DNA from: Balanoglossus misakiensis
Lineage: Eukaryota; Animalia; Hemichordata
Direction: 5' to 3'
Assembly (NCBI GenBank): GCA_040954595.2
Contig: CM082577.2
Coordinates: forward strand, 2,170,001-2,234,000
Length of the DNA: 64,000 bases
Shown: positions 13,101 to 27,300 of the stretch, piece by piece
How positions within the stretch are numbered: the first letter of the stretch is position 1
Layout of the letters: the number at the start of each line of letters is the position of its first letter
Notes under the pieces: model-generated
The model's database searches: none
What the model saw: the letters and a program-made list of their open reading frames with translations, nothing else
Told to the model about the DNA's origin: nothing
Translations under genes and position numbers: made by a program

Positions 13101-16100
13101 TGCCTCCATGCTGGTGAGGTCTGCAGAGATGGTAATTTGCAAAGTACATAAGTTCTGTGAAAACACCTTACATTTATAGGCAAGGAAAGGCGTAGTACAG
13201 GAATGCAATACTAGTACATGTATATGGTAAATCTTACTTTTCTCTGACTTCTTTCAACATATTCCAGACTTGTCCATAATCAATTTCACTGTCACTATGA
13301 TATGACACGTCCTGCTCCAACATTCTGTCCACCTCCCTCTCCTTTTTCCGTCTTAAAGCATCTCTGTAATGCCTCAGATTGTCCATCTCTATCATTTCCT
13401 GGTCCGGATCCTCAAACTCCCTGGACAGCTTCTCCTTCTGAACGACCTGCTTTCGGGGAGACCTGCCGCGCACGGGGGACTTGCTGTGTGCCGGAGATCG
13501 GCCACCTGACAGGGATCTGGCTCCAGAGGGCGACCTGCTGCTCAGAGGGGACCTCCCTCTGGGTTTGTCACGGGGTGTGTGTCTCTGCATCTGCCTGGGT
13601 TCCTTGCCCTTGAGTCTGTCATCAGGCTGGTGCCTCTGCCTTGTCACACTGGGAGCTTGTCTGTGCTTTGCTGGCGACGCTGTTGGCTTTGATGGGGTTG
13701 AGGGTTTCCTGGGTTTAGAGGGGCCCGCACCTTTCTCTTCCCAGGCAAGTTTTCTCGTCTTGCCAGATTCAAAGCTGGTATCAATCTGTACAGACAGAGT
13801 TTGAGAATGTGATAATTACATGGTCACTGTCATTTCAAAGTCCAGACATACGCCTGTTGTGTCACAATAATGGTAACAATATGTGACACTGTGCAACCAG
13901 CAAACAGCTTTAGCAGGAATACTGTATGCAAATAGCTTTAGCAGGAATACTGCACGTAACATACTTCACAGTCTGTTGCGAAAAGTATTCTGTCGAACAG
14001 TAAATCTTACCCTTCTCCTTGCACCGGGAGTTCTGCTGAGAGTCGAGGTTTCTGTTGTGTCCCTGTCAGTGCTAAGTGTGCTGTCACCTATTCCCCCACC
14101 GTTTGTCTGTGGTGGTGCATCGCTGAATGTCACACTCTTGGACGGAGATGACACTGCTGATGATGGCAGTGTGCTTTTGATCAGCGGTGATGGTTTTGTT
14201 GTGTCTGCAAATTAAATGGAAAATTCATTGTCTCTGCAACCTCTTTGACAGAAAATTAAACCACAGGAGAGTTAAACATATAAAGAGACAAAAGGCCCAT
14301 TTTGCCCACCTGCTGCTGATCTGACACCCCTATCCACTAATGGAGAGGACACGGCACTATTTGTGGAACTTGGGATGAAGGACCTGGCTGGACTGTAGGG
14401 CTCCATAAGTCTGCTTCTGTGAATCATGGGTGATGATGTCGTACTCTGGTCAGTCACTGTTGTGGATGCCACGCCCGGACTGCCCGGCTCCTTCGGCTCG
14501 TAGCCCCATTTCTCCCGGTAGTCTCTCAGCTTGGCCATCCAGTCTTCACTCTCCCGGATCAAATCTTGTGTAGTTTCTGCCGCTGTGTTTATCGTTTCAG
14601 ATAAAGTAATTATTTAGGCATGGTACAATCTATGCACAGTATAAAAATTAACAGCCAGGCTGTGATCTGTGTAATGGGCTCATTCTGTCTGAAGTGATAC
14701 TTTGTAAAATTTGTTAAACTCACAATGTAGGGTCTGAAGATCACAATTTGTGTGGACACAAAACTGATCGAGAGTTGTTCATGCAAAACTATTCACATTC
14801 AACTTCATCTGATCTGTCAGTATATGCACATATATGGACTGATCAGGGTTGGAAACTCTGAAAGGTTTGGATGACTTAACATTTTTCTGAAAATCTGTCC
14901 CTGAGGAGCACATTACTTTTTACCATAAGTGAAAATGATACCAGAGAGAGGAGAAAAGCAGACAACAAACAATTGTGAGGCAAGTTCACCTGGTGATCTA
15001 TGTGCAGGCTGAGATCTTCTGTAGACAAAGCTTGACAGGTAGCTGGTATCGGCATCGTACCGGCTACTACCTGATGTCATGTCTGCCAGAAACAGATGGA
15101 GTGCCATTACGTGAATGAAATGCATTGTGCTGAAATGGAATTTACTGGTAATGGTGCTATACAAGTGATTTATACTAAGTTAGTGGAAAAGTGTGATTTG
15201 AAAGAAATTTACAGGAAATGTTTGAAAACAAGAACAGCATTGTTTGATATGTGAATTCAAAAGGGATGACGTGCCTTCTAACGAGCAAAAATATCACTAT
15301 ATGCAACTTACAACTATGGCAAAGTTTTTCCTATGATGTTCTTTAATTACCTGACTTTGCTGGTGACGGTTTAGTTTTCTCTTCATCTTCCACTTCTCCA
15401 AGTTTTATCAGATCTGCTGTTGTATCCCCAGGCCTTGCTTCAACATCAACTTCTCTGCTTTGACGACATAAAATAAATTCTGGGTTATTTCACTTCTCCA
15501 GGAATTTCTAAGAGCACATAAACCCTGTGAAATGCGCTTTTTCCATAATATATACTGCAAATCACTGTTTTGACTGTGTTTGCATGAAAACCTCTCTAGG
15601 CAAAATGTTCACAGTTCTTTTGTTTTAATTATATCAAGGGCACTGCTCATAGTAGATCGACCGAACAGAAAGGGACAAATCCAAAAGAAAATTGTCCATT
15701 CCATACCTATGTTGTGTATCTGATCTTCTTGTGTAGTCATAACTGTAGGATGGACCAAGCTCTTCTTTCAGAACATCACTGATGGTTGAGAGAGCACCTG
15801 ATGTCAGAATATCTGGATCATCAGATATAGCGTCAACTGTAAAAAAAAGGAGACTTTGTCAGTATGATTACATTAAGTGATAAAATTCTCTACATTTCCT
15901 TTATTCTCTCTTTTTTGTACCTCAGTTTAGAAACAGTACTGTATTGGTAAAAAAAACATACTGCCTGTATATAATGCTCTCTCTAGTCAGCAATGGCATC
16001 TTCAAATAGACAATGTAATAAACTGTACCAACAGAAATAAGTACAGTATCAGAAAGATGACTCATATCACAAATGTAGTTGCTTTGACATTACCATCAGC

Positions 16101-16905
16101 ATCAGTTGATCCTCCTTCTGAGCTGATGGCTTCCATGACATACTCCAACAGACCAGCAAATATTTCTATGAGATTACGTATGGCCACAAAGTCATTATCA
16201 ACAATGGCCACCCCAGTGATATGAGAGAGGTCAGTGCGCAGGATATGCAGGGCCAGTGCGTCGATGACTTTCTGAGTGTTGTGAATTTCATCTTCTCTGG
16301 TGATGGGGTTCTGGATCAGCCCTGAAAGTGAAAGACATCAGTGAGGCAAAATGTAAATACATGTATATTGCAAAAGTGGTCAGTCACAACATGCAGAAGT
16401 GGCAAAACATTTATAGAAGTGAAAGGGCTGTCAGACATTTTTAGTCTGTGTGGTAGCAGTCAACATGTCTCACTTCATTCCACAGTAGCTGAACTGTTGT
16501 TACCCAGTCTGCGCATCAAAACATGTCATGACACGCTATGCTATATGCTTACCTGGCAAAGTGTCGCCAAGTATCCCCTCGTAGAGTGCAATGTAATACG
16601 CAGGCAAGAATTCTGACAGGCAGGTAACCTCGGGGAGGTTGAACTTTGCGAGAAGTTCATTGGCAAGCGCAACAAAACCTGAAATAACACGAAAGAAACA
16701 TTGAAATTTGCGCCCTGTGCACATATTGTGCGATATAAGAAATGTTATGGAGTGTGTCAATATCTGAAAGAAACAATAACGACTGACAGACCCCAGGTAC
16801 ACAATGAGTTCAGCAAATTTATAGACAGGAGTGACACTTTATGTCACACTATTCTTTACCCTGTTCCTCTTCATTATCCAAGGTGGTGTTTTGAGTATGG
16901 TCCAT
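10151..16905 (-). CDS. CEP95: Centrosomal protein of 95 kDa-like (CCDC45), about 17 coding exons
   Basis: N-terminus MDHTQ...GFVALANELLAKFNL...YIALYEGILGDTLPGLI... resembles the CEP95 N-terminal domain, followed by a low-complexity S/P/R middle. The C-terminal coiled coil reads 'DDLLPTMLQEFPFLHVSPQTAHDMWSKQ', 'RENRQASARARRYYEEFQQRMRSKMLKRRTKEEQIFKRLFEDGLDIQK...IDSLEN' and 'YKDQFNMLAE'. Stop TAG at 10151-10153. ATG at 16905 is inferred; a non-coding first-exon donor lies near 17480. Confidence 0.85.
11717..11950. repeat. Minisatellite, about 30-32 bp unit, about 7-8 copies, in a CEP95 intron
   Basis: Repeated CAAAATGTACAACCA(A/G)AT(A/C)T(T/G)ATCAACTGACAA units. Confidence 0.9.
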
Positions 16906-17479
16906 AGTCGAATTCCCTTTGGAACAAGATGCAATCACTATTCTGGAAAAAAGGTGGAATAACATTGTTAAATTTCGCAGGAAATCTGAAGTATTATTTT
17001 GCACAGGTAAGGTTTAATGTGAACTTCCATATATATGTCAATTATTTATCTCAGTAAATTACACTTAGATATTGTCCAGACTAAATCTATGAACAAGTTC
17101 TTCAATGAAAATTGTCTGTAAGACGTCCATGTGGGAGATCAACATACCACAGATGAAACACTATTTCATTTGAGAATTATTTAATTATGCAATAATTGTA
17201 TTATTTCACATATTTGTTTACATCGACATTTCCTTTTTCGATTTCGGAGCAACCGTCTGGTATGAATTTCATGATTCGTTTTATTTTAACAAACTGTTGC
17301 CACTCTTGGCCAAGTCGGTAAGAATTCCACACTCATAAGCGTTATGGAACCCGTTCTGACATGTACAGCCTGAGATGGCAGAAGGTGGGACAGATCTGCG
17401 TTCGTGGGACCCTTCCTGTGGAAACACTTGGGACAAGCCATTGGAGGTGCATTTTACATTTATCTTAACTTATACTTAC

Positions 17480-17860
17480 CAAAACGTAGGCGCAGTATGT
17501 GACATCGACTCTGGGGGACAGACCAATCGAAGTATCCTCGCTTATTCGCAATGCTCCAAGAAATCACGGAAGCAAAACAAAATTCAAACACAGCGCCGCC
17601 ATTTTGGGTAATTTAAATAAAGTAATCATTTGAAAGAGTCTATATTATTGGTTGGTCTCTAGGTCAAAGTATCACGATCTAAATAGAAAGGTTTCTATTG
17701 GCCATCTCATTTGTCAGGTGACCTTATCACATGGAAGTGCATTGACATTTCTTTGTGAGTCTGTGCAGACTGTGTGTGGAGCTCCCGTTGTATCTTTCTG
17801 ATGGTTACATCCAGCTAGAGGGTAGCTCTTTTGACAATATTTATTCACATTGGTAAGTAT
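17480..17860. promoter_or_regulatory. Putative bidirectional promoter CEP95 / HhH gene
   Basis: Opposing first-exon donors (minus strand at about 17480; plus strand gtaagt at about 17853), YY1-type CGCCGCCATTTTG at about 17595-17607, and ATTGG (CCAAT) boxes at about 17648 and about 17697. Confidence 0.55.
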
Positions 17861-18502
17861 TTACCAGTAAATGAAGTTCAAGTGAATTTTATTGTCATAT
17901 TAATTGTAAAGTCCTCGGTGCAGCTGTGCGTGTGCTGCTGTCAAAAAGCCCTGTCAGTGACACACGTACTGCTGAGTGTGTGATCGTGAAATCCACACAC
18001 CATTCGATGTCTGCCAACTTACATGTACAGTTAGGTATGCTACTATGCACCCTCAGAGTTTGTCATCAAATATGTGGCTGAAAATTGTTTTCATTTAGCA
18101 ACTTTCTCAGCCAAGTCAAAGCATTCGTTGACTTTGATGTGTGTTCTGATATGAATTCATTCATTCAATCATTGATGGGTCTGAAATTTCGGTAGTAACA
18201 ATTTTCAATGTGTAACTTTCAGCTCAAAAGAGCCCTACATCAGAATTGAAAAGGTCATACAAGGTTACAGCTTGATGGATGAGTCACACTTGTCTGACCT
18301 TCTCACTGCTGAGATGCTGGGACTACAAGCTGTAGAACCCTACAGCTAGTATATGATATAGAATCCACAAAAATTGCACTCTTTTTTGTTTGACTATAAA
18401 AATCTGCTGAAAAAAATCCATATCAAAAACCGAACACAAAGCTGAGTGAAAAAGTATTTCTCCCTGGGAATAAGATGCATCTCTCTTTTTCTTCCATAGA
18501 GG

Positions 18503-20108
18503 ATGACTGCCAGTGAGGAAACACTCAGGTTCTGTAAACACGGCAACTCGGAAGAATGGAAAAATGTATTGGAGTTATATGATAAAGTACTTGAACTGAA
18601 AGCTGCTAAGATTACGAGACCAAAGGGCAAAGAGGAATTGATAGAGCTTGATAAGTGGTGAGTAAAGACGGAGAATACACTGAAGTTAAATTTAGACATG
18701 ACTGCAGCAGTGAAGCCCATAGGGATCACTGATTCCTATCTTAATTTATTCTGTCTTCCTGATACAGGTACAGAGTGGTGTATGAAGGGACCAGAATAAT
18801 GAGATCACAAAACCAAAATTTACAAACCGGAAGTTGAAACCCTATCAAACAACTGGCAACATTGCCTATGTCAAGGTGGCATTTTGAAATTGTACAGCTA
18901 GTCAGTAACATTATACCCAAGAGGCAGTTCATACTTCATGTTAATTAAGAATTCAGAGCAGTACTCCCTTGTCAGATGTCCTTGTGTTGCATATTAATCA
19001 GTCTATAAACAGTCATAAATGTATGCATGATAAATGGCATAGGCGTTAAATTTATTTTTTGCAGGTATCAAGAAGAACTGCCAATCATGATAAACAGCAG
19101 GGATGACAGGCATATTACATTCAAGGAAATCACCAAGCTAATGAAATGGAAATTAAATGTGAGTTTGTTCACCCCATCTGAAACTAATACTTCATTGAAT
19201 TGAACTGGCACACAGTAACAGTGTACTTCATAACAATACATTACCACGTTGTAATTTTTCGTACCCTGTCTCCTTTCCACAGAGAGGTAAATTCCGACCG
19301 AGGCTGGCGGAGATGATCCAGACTAATTCTGAAGAAGCAGTCATCAATGCAAGCAAGAAAGCGTTTCAGTGTTTACCAGACATAACGGCTGCAATACAGG
19401 CGCTCACGGTTTTGAAAGCTGTCGGTCCAGCTACTGCCTCAGGTCAGTTGGAAAGTAGATGGAAAACCCTGTGAATCCACTGTGGGAGACGACATGTGAC
19501 TGATGTCAAAGGTCACCAGGGGGTCAGGGTGCAAAAGGTCAAACTTGCTCTGTTTTAACACTATATTAGTTACGACACCATCATTGTAATCAGATGCACC
19601 GTTTTCTATAGTTTGCTCCAAAATGGCATGGATGTTGTCATATTTCCCAAAATATCAAAAGCTGATTGTGGGCATTCTTTTTATTTCCCTTGTCCATCAG
19701 CGGTGTTAGCTGCAGGAGCTCCAGACTATGCTGCGTTCATGGCAGACGAGAGCATGTATGCATTCCCTGAACTGGTGCCCTTGGAGTACACTCTCAAGCA
19801 GTATGGCAGATATACAGAACTTATCAACAAAACAGTCAAGAGGTTACATAAAGAGGGTGAGTGATGTCAGAAGAAGGGGTTCACATCATCAGACACTTGA
19901 CGTCAGCCCATTGAAAATTACATTGAAAATTCTTTCTCTTTCTCCTACAGAGCCTGAGGTGAGGTGGTGTCCCCACACAGTAGAGCTAGGCCTGTGGACC
20001 CACGTCGTTGCCACGCAACTGGACGGTACGATGCTGGAGGAGGTCCGGAAGAAGAGAAAGAAGCATGAAGACAACAACAAAACAAACAGAAAGAAACAAA
20101 AGAAGTAA
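18503..20108 (+). CDS. Amun / zgc:112496-family protein with helix-hairpin-helix DNA-glycosylase-like motif
   Basis: Exons at about 18503-18657, 19065-19158, 19283-19442, 19701-19856 and 19951-20108 give MTASEE...ELIELDKWYQEELP...KLMKWKLNRGKFRPRL...AIQALTVLKAVGPATASAVLAAGAPDYAAFMADE...WCPHTVELGLWT...KKRKK...KKQKK*. The WKL.RGKFRP and LK.VGPATASAVL motifs are characteristic of this family. Confidence 0.8.
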
Positions 20109-21975
20109 CCAGTCCTGACCGCCGCACCTAGCACCTTCTCCGTATTACACTTTACTGCCATTTGTATGAATTCTAGAGTGTGAGGTCAACCTGTGTTGTA
20201 ATACCAAAGATATTGAAGACTTATTTAAAAGAAAAGTGCATGTTACCTTCATTCCAAATGTTCGAGAAGGGAGTTAATCCTTCTGATTTGTTACGAGATT
20301 TCAGAGAGAGTACAGTTTGGCATTAAGCGGTGTCAACCCACGATTGTTGGGTTTTTAGACTGTTAGTGAAATCATGGTTTATTTAATACAGCAGGGAAAC
20401 CTGCTAAACAAATTCAAAGTGTTCACAAGAAATATTAGCGTTTAGTGTGTTTTATAGAGTTAGATTGTGGTGAAATTGGTTTTGTCTGGGAATTGGACAC
20501 CACCACAGGTTGTGCACAAAGGCTTTGTGCAGACGCTTCTGCATGCACCATAGGAGCAGTCAGTCGCTGCTGTGACAACCCTGGTTTACTGAAGTTTACT
20601 GAGAAAGATTTGCAGTTCTCACAGAAGCGAGTATTTCAGGAAGTTAGAGACAGTTTCTCACTTTTTTACATTATTTTGCCATAGATTGTTTTGATTGCTT
20701 ATTTACGTTCTGTTCACTGAAATATTCTGAAAGACTGGATTTTTGGACGTCGCAACTAGACAAATAGAGTATACGCATAGATTACTTAGTCAACTTGACT
20801 CGGTGGAATTTCAGTGGTCGAGTCTCACTGAAAAACTACTCAAGCTTTCGTTCTCATGTGATCAGGAAAGTTCCAAGTACGTTACTCTGTTGTCAAAAAA
20901 TGTTCATCGTGAAATGAGTGTCGTTTACAAATATGCTGTAAAAAACTTTCATTGAGGCATAAACGGTCCACTAGATTGCCTTCTGCAGTCTTATATGTAT
21001 TTAGGTTCTACTGATGTGACTGCCATTTTAACACCAGATATGCTGATTACACTTGACTGCATTGTTGCAAGCGAGTGTATAGTAATAATTTACCTCAAGT
21101 GTAGCAGTTTCCCCACCTCGTTTAATTAAAACTGCCTCACTCCATGCAAACCTCACCTGAAATTGACAGACTTGAATCTCAATGCTCCCACCCCCATTTC
21201 CCCATGTATAGGTGTAGCCACATCGCTGAAAGCAGTTTTGGTTATGGAGGTGAAGGGATATACCCATTTGAGAGTATGGTGAATATCACTGCCTAGTTTG
21301 CCACGAGAAGCAAAACCCCTTATTCAGTTCTTGGCAGATTTGATGTTTTTTATTTCACAAAATAAATTGTACAAACACATTTTTTGCATTTGGTTTACAG
21401 ACCCATTTAATACACAAAATTCACAATATTAGACTTGGAATATATCAGAGAGCGCACACGTTCTCTTATTTTATTCCAGTGTTGTCTTGCTGTACTTAAG
21501 TTTGTGTTTTTTTCACTCAGGAATAAAAAATAAGCTGCAGAACAGCTGATCTATTGGCAATTTTATGTGTGTATGTTGAAATGTGTGTGTGTGCGTAGTA
21601 AACTGTAGGTTATAATGTGAGTGGTGGAGTTTAGGGACAGTTGACATCTGTGGTAGGGAGGTGTTGAACCCAATTTGGCAGTCAAGTGAACTGCAGGCAA
21701 GCATTCATGAGATGGGTAACGAGATTTCCATAAGGAGTCCCCACTAAAACCCCTGTTCAGTTATAAAGTACACACTACACCATGTTGGCAGCCAGGAAGA
21801 TCTTGCAAAAAGTTGATCAGCAAACCACCTCTCCTAGACTACATGGCTTTCAGTCTGCTGTTAGAACCCTAGTACAAGTGTATACTTTGTACAATGCAAT
21901 AGTTATTGCCATCACGACTGTCCGCAATCTAGGGTCACGCACAGCTGGCATGTCATCCTCAGACTAGCGTTCATC

Positions 21976-23508
21976 TCATTTCTTCCTCTTCTTTTTCAGA
22001 CCAGTTCTTTCCTTTTTCCTTTTTGACTTGGCAATTTTAGTTTGTTTTTTGATTTTCATATATCGCAGCGTCTTCTTCCTTTTCTTCAGCTGCTTGTTCT
22101 TTTGTGACCTGAAATATGAATGGAAGATACCACTCACAAATAATGACAACAAAACCTATTCACAACTTCCTGAAAGATTATCAGCTCACTCTGCAGTGAC
22201 GGTGACTTGAACTTACAATTTGTCCCTTGCAGTTTTTGTTTCAGCATCCTCTGTAGTTTTATTTTCTGTATCACCATCGTCACTTTCTTCTGCTTTGTCC
22301 GAATAATTCACCTGGATGAAGTACATGAATACAATGAATTCCGACATCTGTCAACTTTGATGTGAATTTGGGACAGTGGATATCTCAGACTCAGCTGGAA
22401 AGTCTTATCATTCATGAACACTCAACATTTTCTGTGCATGCTGGAGTTAGGCTCACCTCATTTGGTCCAATCACATTCTCGTCAAGATTAACATCGGTGA
22501 TTGTTGTCACGGTAACAGTATGTTCCGGATGGTCAATCACACTGGCTTTCAAAAGTCCATCCAAAGCTACAGGAAATCATGCAAATAAATTTTAGAGTTT
22601 CTGCATGTCATTTCCATACTTCAAAAAAGGGTTGTTATTATCTCAAGTGGTGTGGTCGTGTTCAACTGAAAGTCATCCCTGCTGCACTCAATATATCCAC
22701 AACACAAAGGATTCATGTTATTTTGAATTGTGTCCTTCAAAACGATATTTTTTTGCAGACCTACATCTACCCATACAAATGCATGAAATTTGAATCATCA
22801 ATGATCACGTAGGAAGAATCTATAAATAATTCTTGTTTACCTTTGTAAGAACTAGATGTCTTCTCCAATTTTAGCAGCTGTTCTCTCACATACTTTCGCT
22901 TCTCATCTTTGACCTTTGATCTCTCAGCTTTCAGCTTTTTCTCTACCTCATGCCTGGCCTTCTTTTTCCTTTCTTCTTTGCGTTTATGAAACCCGGTCAG
23001 AAAGTCTCTGTGTTTCAGGAAAGAAAAACAACCAGACGTTAGATATCACGGTTATGATACTGAATCACACCACACATCAAATTTACATTTAATATGTATG
23101 TATGTCAGTAATGTACGTTCACGGTCACTCCACACATAAATAAACCATAGACCCTTCAGTGTCTATGAATAAACCCAGGCTCTAGATACAATCCTTCTTG
23201 AGGGACTGTGATACAATGTAATTGTAAACTTGATGATGGACCATGATGGCTTGAGCGCCCTCATAGTACACAACCTGGTGATCGCGATCGCACATGTTGT
23301 ATGTATGTATGTACGTACGTACGTACAAAAGATTCATAACACAAGAAACAGCTTTGTTGTATTCTCTCAGCCAACATTTGAAGGAATTTGTGTCACGAAT
23401 AGCTATATGTCATACTCACTTTCTGTTTTCCTCGTCAAAAGTCAGATGAAATTTGTTTTTCCGATTTTTAGGGTTCTTTTGGCGAAAATTGTTTCCGATA
23501 GCTGCCAT
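21976..23508 (-). CDS. NOL12: Nucleolar protein 12 (Rrp17 family)
   Basis: ATG at 23508. Exons at about 23420-23508, 22841-23007, 22457-22567, 22217-22312 and 21976-22108 give MAAIGNNFRQKNPKNRKNKFHLTFDEENRKDFLTGFHKRKEERKK...DHPEHTVTVTTITD...KKKRKK*. FDEE.R..FLTGFHKRK is the Nop25/Rrp17 signature. Confidence 0.92.
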
Positions 23509-24095
23509 CTTGGCTGCCTGGACCCTCTAACTTGACAATAATATTAATTAGACATGCATGTGAATTTTTAATATTTCCTACGACGTCAGTTACATTCTAA
23601 AGATATAGTATATACTGTAGTCAATTGAAATCGTTTTTGTATACTTTATTTATTATCTGGTGTGACCGTGATCGAGTGCAGTAGGAAAGCAGCCATATTG
23701 TAATATATACAAAACTTAGGCACTGTTTACAGCTGATAGATCCGAATCAATGATCGTCAGTAGAGAAAGGTCTCCGACCTCAGTCGAATGGAGTGAGTGA
23801 CAGATAACCCCGTACCCGCTTTTCGGTGACGGGAAATACAGTAGCGGAGCTTGGTTAACACAAATCCATTTGATCGGGTCTGCTGTAGCGCACACCGCCT
23901 GCTCTCAAAACGGAACTGCTGGAATAAGCGATCGTGTCAGGCGCTGCGTGATGTGTGCAGTCGTGTGTACATTTCACACTTCAAAATATTAAAACTTGTG
24001 CTCGAGATTGCAGATCGTTTCAGTTTTAGTGGGCGTGTCCTTGGTCGACCGATTCTGAACGGAAAGTTACTTGCCGAATATTTGACGAATTCATT
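23490..24095. promoter_or_regulatory. Putative bidirectional promoter NOL12 / BTAF1 and CpG-rich BTAF1 5' leader
   Basis: Start codons are 588 bp apart on opposite strands. YY1-like motifs occur at 23501-23513 (GCTGCCATCTTGG) and about 23689-23700 (GCAGCCATATTG), a CRE-like CGACGTCA at 23581, and CpG density is raised at 23740-24090. Confidence 0.55.
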
Positions 24096-24300
24096 ATGAC
24101 CACAAGGTACGTTTAAAACCTTCAACTGTCTGAAGGTCTAATACTGTCTAGCATGTATTGTAATGATGTGAAGATGATACTCTAGTAATACACATGCCCA
24201 CAATAGAATGATTTGCTACTGATGTTATGAAGATAACTGTGTACATGGTGTAGCTTCTGACCAGACTGCAGATTGTCAAATTATGTAATAAAGTATCAGT

Positions 24301-24360
<60 letters not shown>

Positions 24361-27300
24361 GCATCAAGAGCTTGGGTCCCTTTGTAATTGTGGTTGCATG
24401 GATTTTTTTCATCACTTTGGTACATGTGCAAAGTCTGAAAATCTGTTTATGGCAACCAATGAGTTTTAAAGTGGTTTTGATTAGGAATTTACACCACTTT
24501 TATAGTGTTTGATTCACATGCAAACCGTAAGCCCATGTTGATCTTTCTATGCCGGCAGGTTGGACCGATTGTTTCTGCTTTTGGACACTGGGTCGACTCC
24601 AGTCACGCGAAAAGCTGCTGCAGCTCAGTTGGGAGAAGTTCAGAAACTGCACCCGCATGAGTTACACAACTTACTGGCGAAGGTAATGTATCACAGATAA
24701 AAAAGATTCTGTCCAGCTATCATAAATTGTTATAAATTAAAAACTTGTGTGACTTGGTTATAATGTAAAGTAGCAAGGGTGTTCCGTCTTTGGTGTTGCA
24801 TACACTAATATAATTTCATTAAATGCAAAATCCGTGAAACAGGGCATACTGATAAAAATATTGAATTCACGGTGTTGAAGAGTCTTCCTCTGTCATCAGG
24901 AAGGCAAATGCAAAAAATAAAAAGTAAATAAATAAATCATAGTCACAAATTTTTAATAAATCACAAGATGTTATTAAATAGAATTTGTACAGTAGGAATA
25001 GTAACAATTACTACTTCTGCAGATTATCAGATAAATTGACAAAAAATGATAAAAATGTAGATGACATATAAGGCATGTTTGTGTAGGGATGTACTATTTT
25101 TGCAAATGACAGTTCCTCATGCTAAAGTGTACCATTCTCTGAAGGGATGATACATTGTGTATCTGGATTAGCAGACAGCAAGTAGATTTATGCATTATGG
25201 TGATCAGTGATACAGCGTTCTTAATAAATCAGAAGATCACAACTGAAATGAAAGGAACTTCACCAGAAAATGCAGTTTCTTGTTCTCTTATGGATTTATA
25301 ATGAGATATAGTGAAACTGAGTGGTTATATAGCAGCTGATGTACAACTTGTCAGTGTCCTCTCCTTAGGGCAATGAAAGATCATTATTTTGCTAAAACAA
25401 TAGAAACTCATTATCATAACAGAAGTGGTTATGCAGATTAGCCAGTTCTGTGTCGGAAATTCTGAGGTCGAACACTGAATGCTTGTGACAGGGGCAAGGT
25501 CGGGCAATTGAAATGTGAGTGGCAGACTTGTCAAACAGAAAGAAAAAAATTCTGTGAGACTCTTTTACAGAACAATGACCATATTGATGGAAGGTGTGGT
25601 GATCTCGGGTCATATTTGTGTGATATTTAGTCAGACAGTTACAGATATAGAGTTGCCTATTAGCACTTATCAAATGGTTTTCTGTCAAAACCTGAAATCA
25701 TCAATCTCACCCTGGGATGGATAATTCAAACTTGCGATGTCTTGGGAATAGCCAACAATATTTTTTCCTAATAAAAACCATAAAACAGTGTTGTGTCCAT
25801 TATATTCTGAGCTGTAGGTGATAATGATCATCTTTCTGATCAGAGAGCAATTTGTTTTTCAGCTCCTTATGTCCATTCGAGCGTATCAAATATCGTCGAG
25901 GCCAGATGATTGATTGACAAAAATATTGCCCTTTTTTATGTTCGTTGCTTAGTATTTAGTAGTGCTTGCTATGCTCAATATATTCCATAGTGCTTTCGCT
26001 CTGTGGGTTCACCCCCACCCCCTCCCAACAGAATTGTACCAATTCGTGTAGAGTGAGATCGCATGGTGAATCCTACTAATTTAAAAATCAAGTTTTCTTG
26101 CTGTCGTCTTCTGCCATATAAAATCCACTACCAACTGAGAAACCACTGGAACTACATGTACGTCAGAATTCTACACATTTTTCTCTATGACGGAACATTA
26201 TGAAATATAATCAATTGCTGGCCTGCACAATAGCCTCACAACTGTACATTGACTACAAGATATTATTTTTAGCCAAGATAACATTGTAATAAATGGCTAT
26301 AGGTTCGATTGATATGCAAATTCGCATGTACCTCAGGCTTATATGATAAAAGATGAAAAGATTTTCGTTCATAAAAATTGAAAACATTTCATCTAATTGA
26401 GTGGCTTTTCTGATGCGGCCAACAAATGTTTTATGAAGTAGTGGTGAATCACTGATTCAGTCTGAATTTTTGACAGTACAGAGCGACAGTTAAAAGTTGT
26501 CATAAAATGGTGAAAATCTGAAAACAGTCTATACTATTAAAATCAAAGGAAAGAAACTAGGCATGGGTGCAAAGCTGTTGCAGAGATAGTGTATTAAATA
26601 AAAATTGTTTATTTAATTTCAATCTTTCCTTTAATTTAAATCCCCTCCCATAAGAAATGAAGGAAAATGAATATCAAATGTTATATTTAAGTTATTGGCA
26701 GTTCAAGGGTCAACCCTGCAGTTTGATTTATTTTTTTCTCAGTTATTTCTATCGCATTCTGATCTATTTATGTCATGTGAATGTTTACGGGACTTTCTTT
26801 ATGGGCAATATTTTATGGCTTTTCAGATGTTTTCATGTGCACTGCATTGTTGAATTACCTATAATTCTTGCATCATATTGAAGAATATTACCAATACACA
26901 GTATATCGTAATTAAACTGTCCCCACCTATTGTAGCACTCATCTTTCAGATTTGCCAGCTGTAGGCCTTTTTTAACTAAAAAGGAGTGTAAAATTTGTAA
27001 ATAATACATTGGCATTGGAATTTTTGTGTATTTACAGGTCCATGTGTATTTGAAGAGCAGCAACTGGGACACCAGGATAGCAGCCGGACAGGCAGTGGAG
27101 GCGATCGTGAAGAATGTCCCCCAGTGGCAACCTAACATAGCAAAGATCAAAGATGGTGAGCTCTCCAGGTGTCCTACCATTGTCCAAAGAAAATTGGGAA
27201 ACAATTATCTGAATAAAAAATTTTAGTACTGTAACAGAATATTTAACTATCAGAACATGTTTTGTTAGTGTCATCAAATATGTCAGCGCTTTGTAAAATA

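Noticed and set aside
24273-24512. ORF with a 20-His tract
   Set aside because: It is a translation of the intronic (CAT)n microsatellite, starts at a non-ATG codon and has no splice support.
25855-26060. Candidate poison or alternative exon in BTAF1 intron 2 (tttttcag acceptor followed by CpG-containing sequence)
   Set aside because: No convincing donor was found, and it cannot be supported without transcript data.
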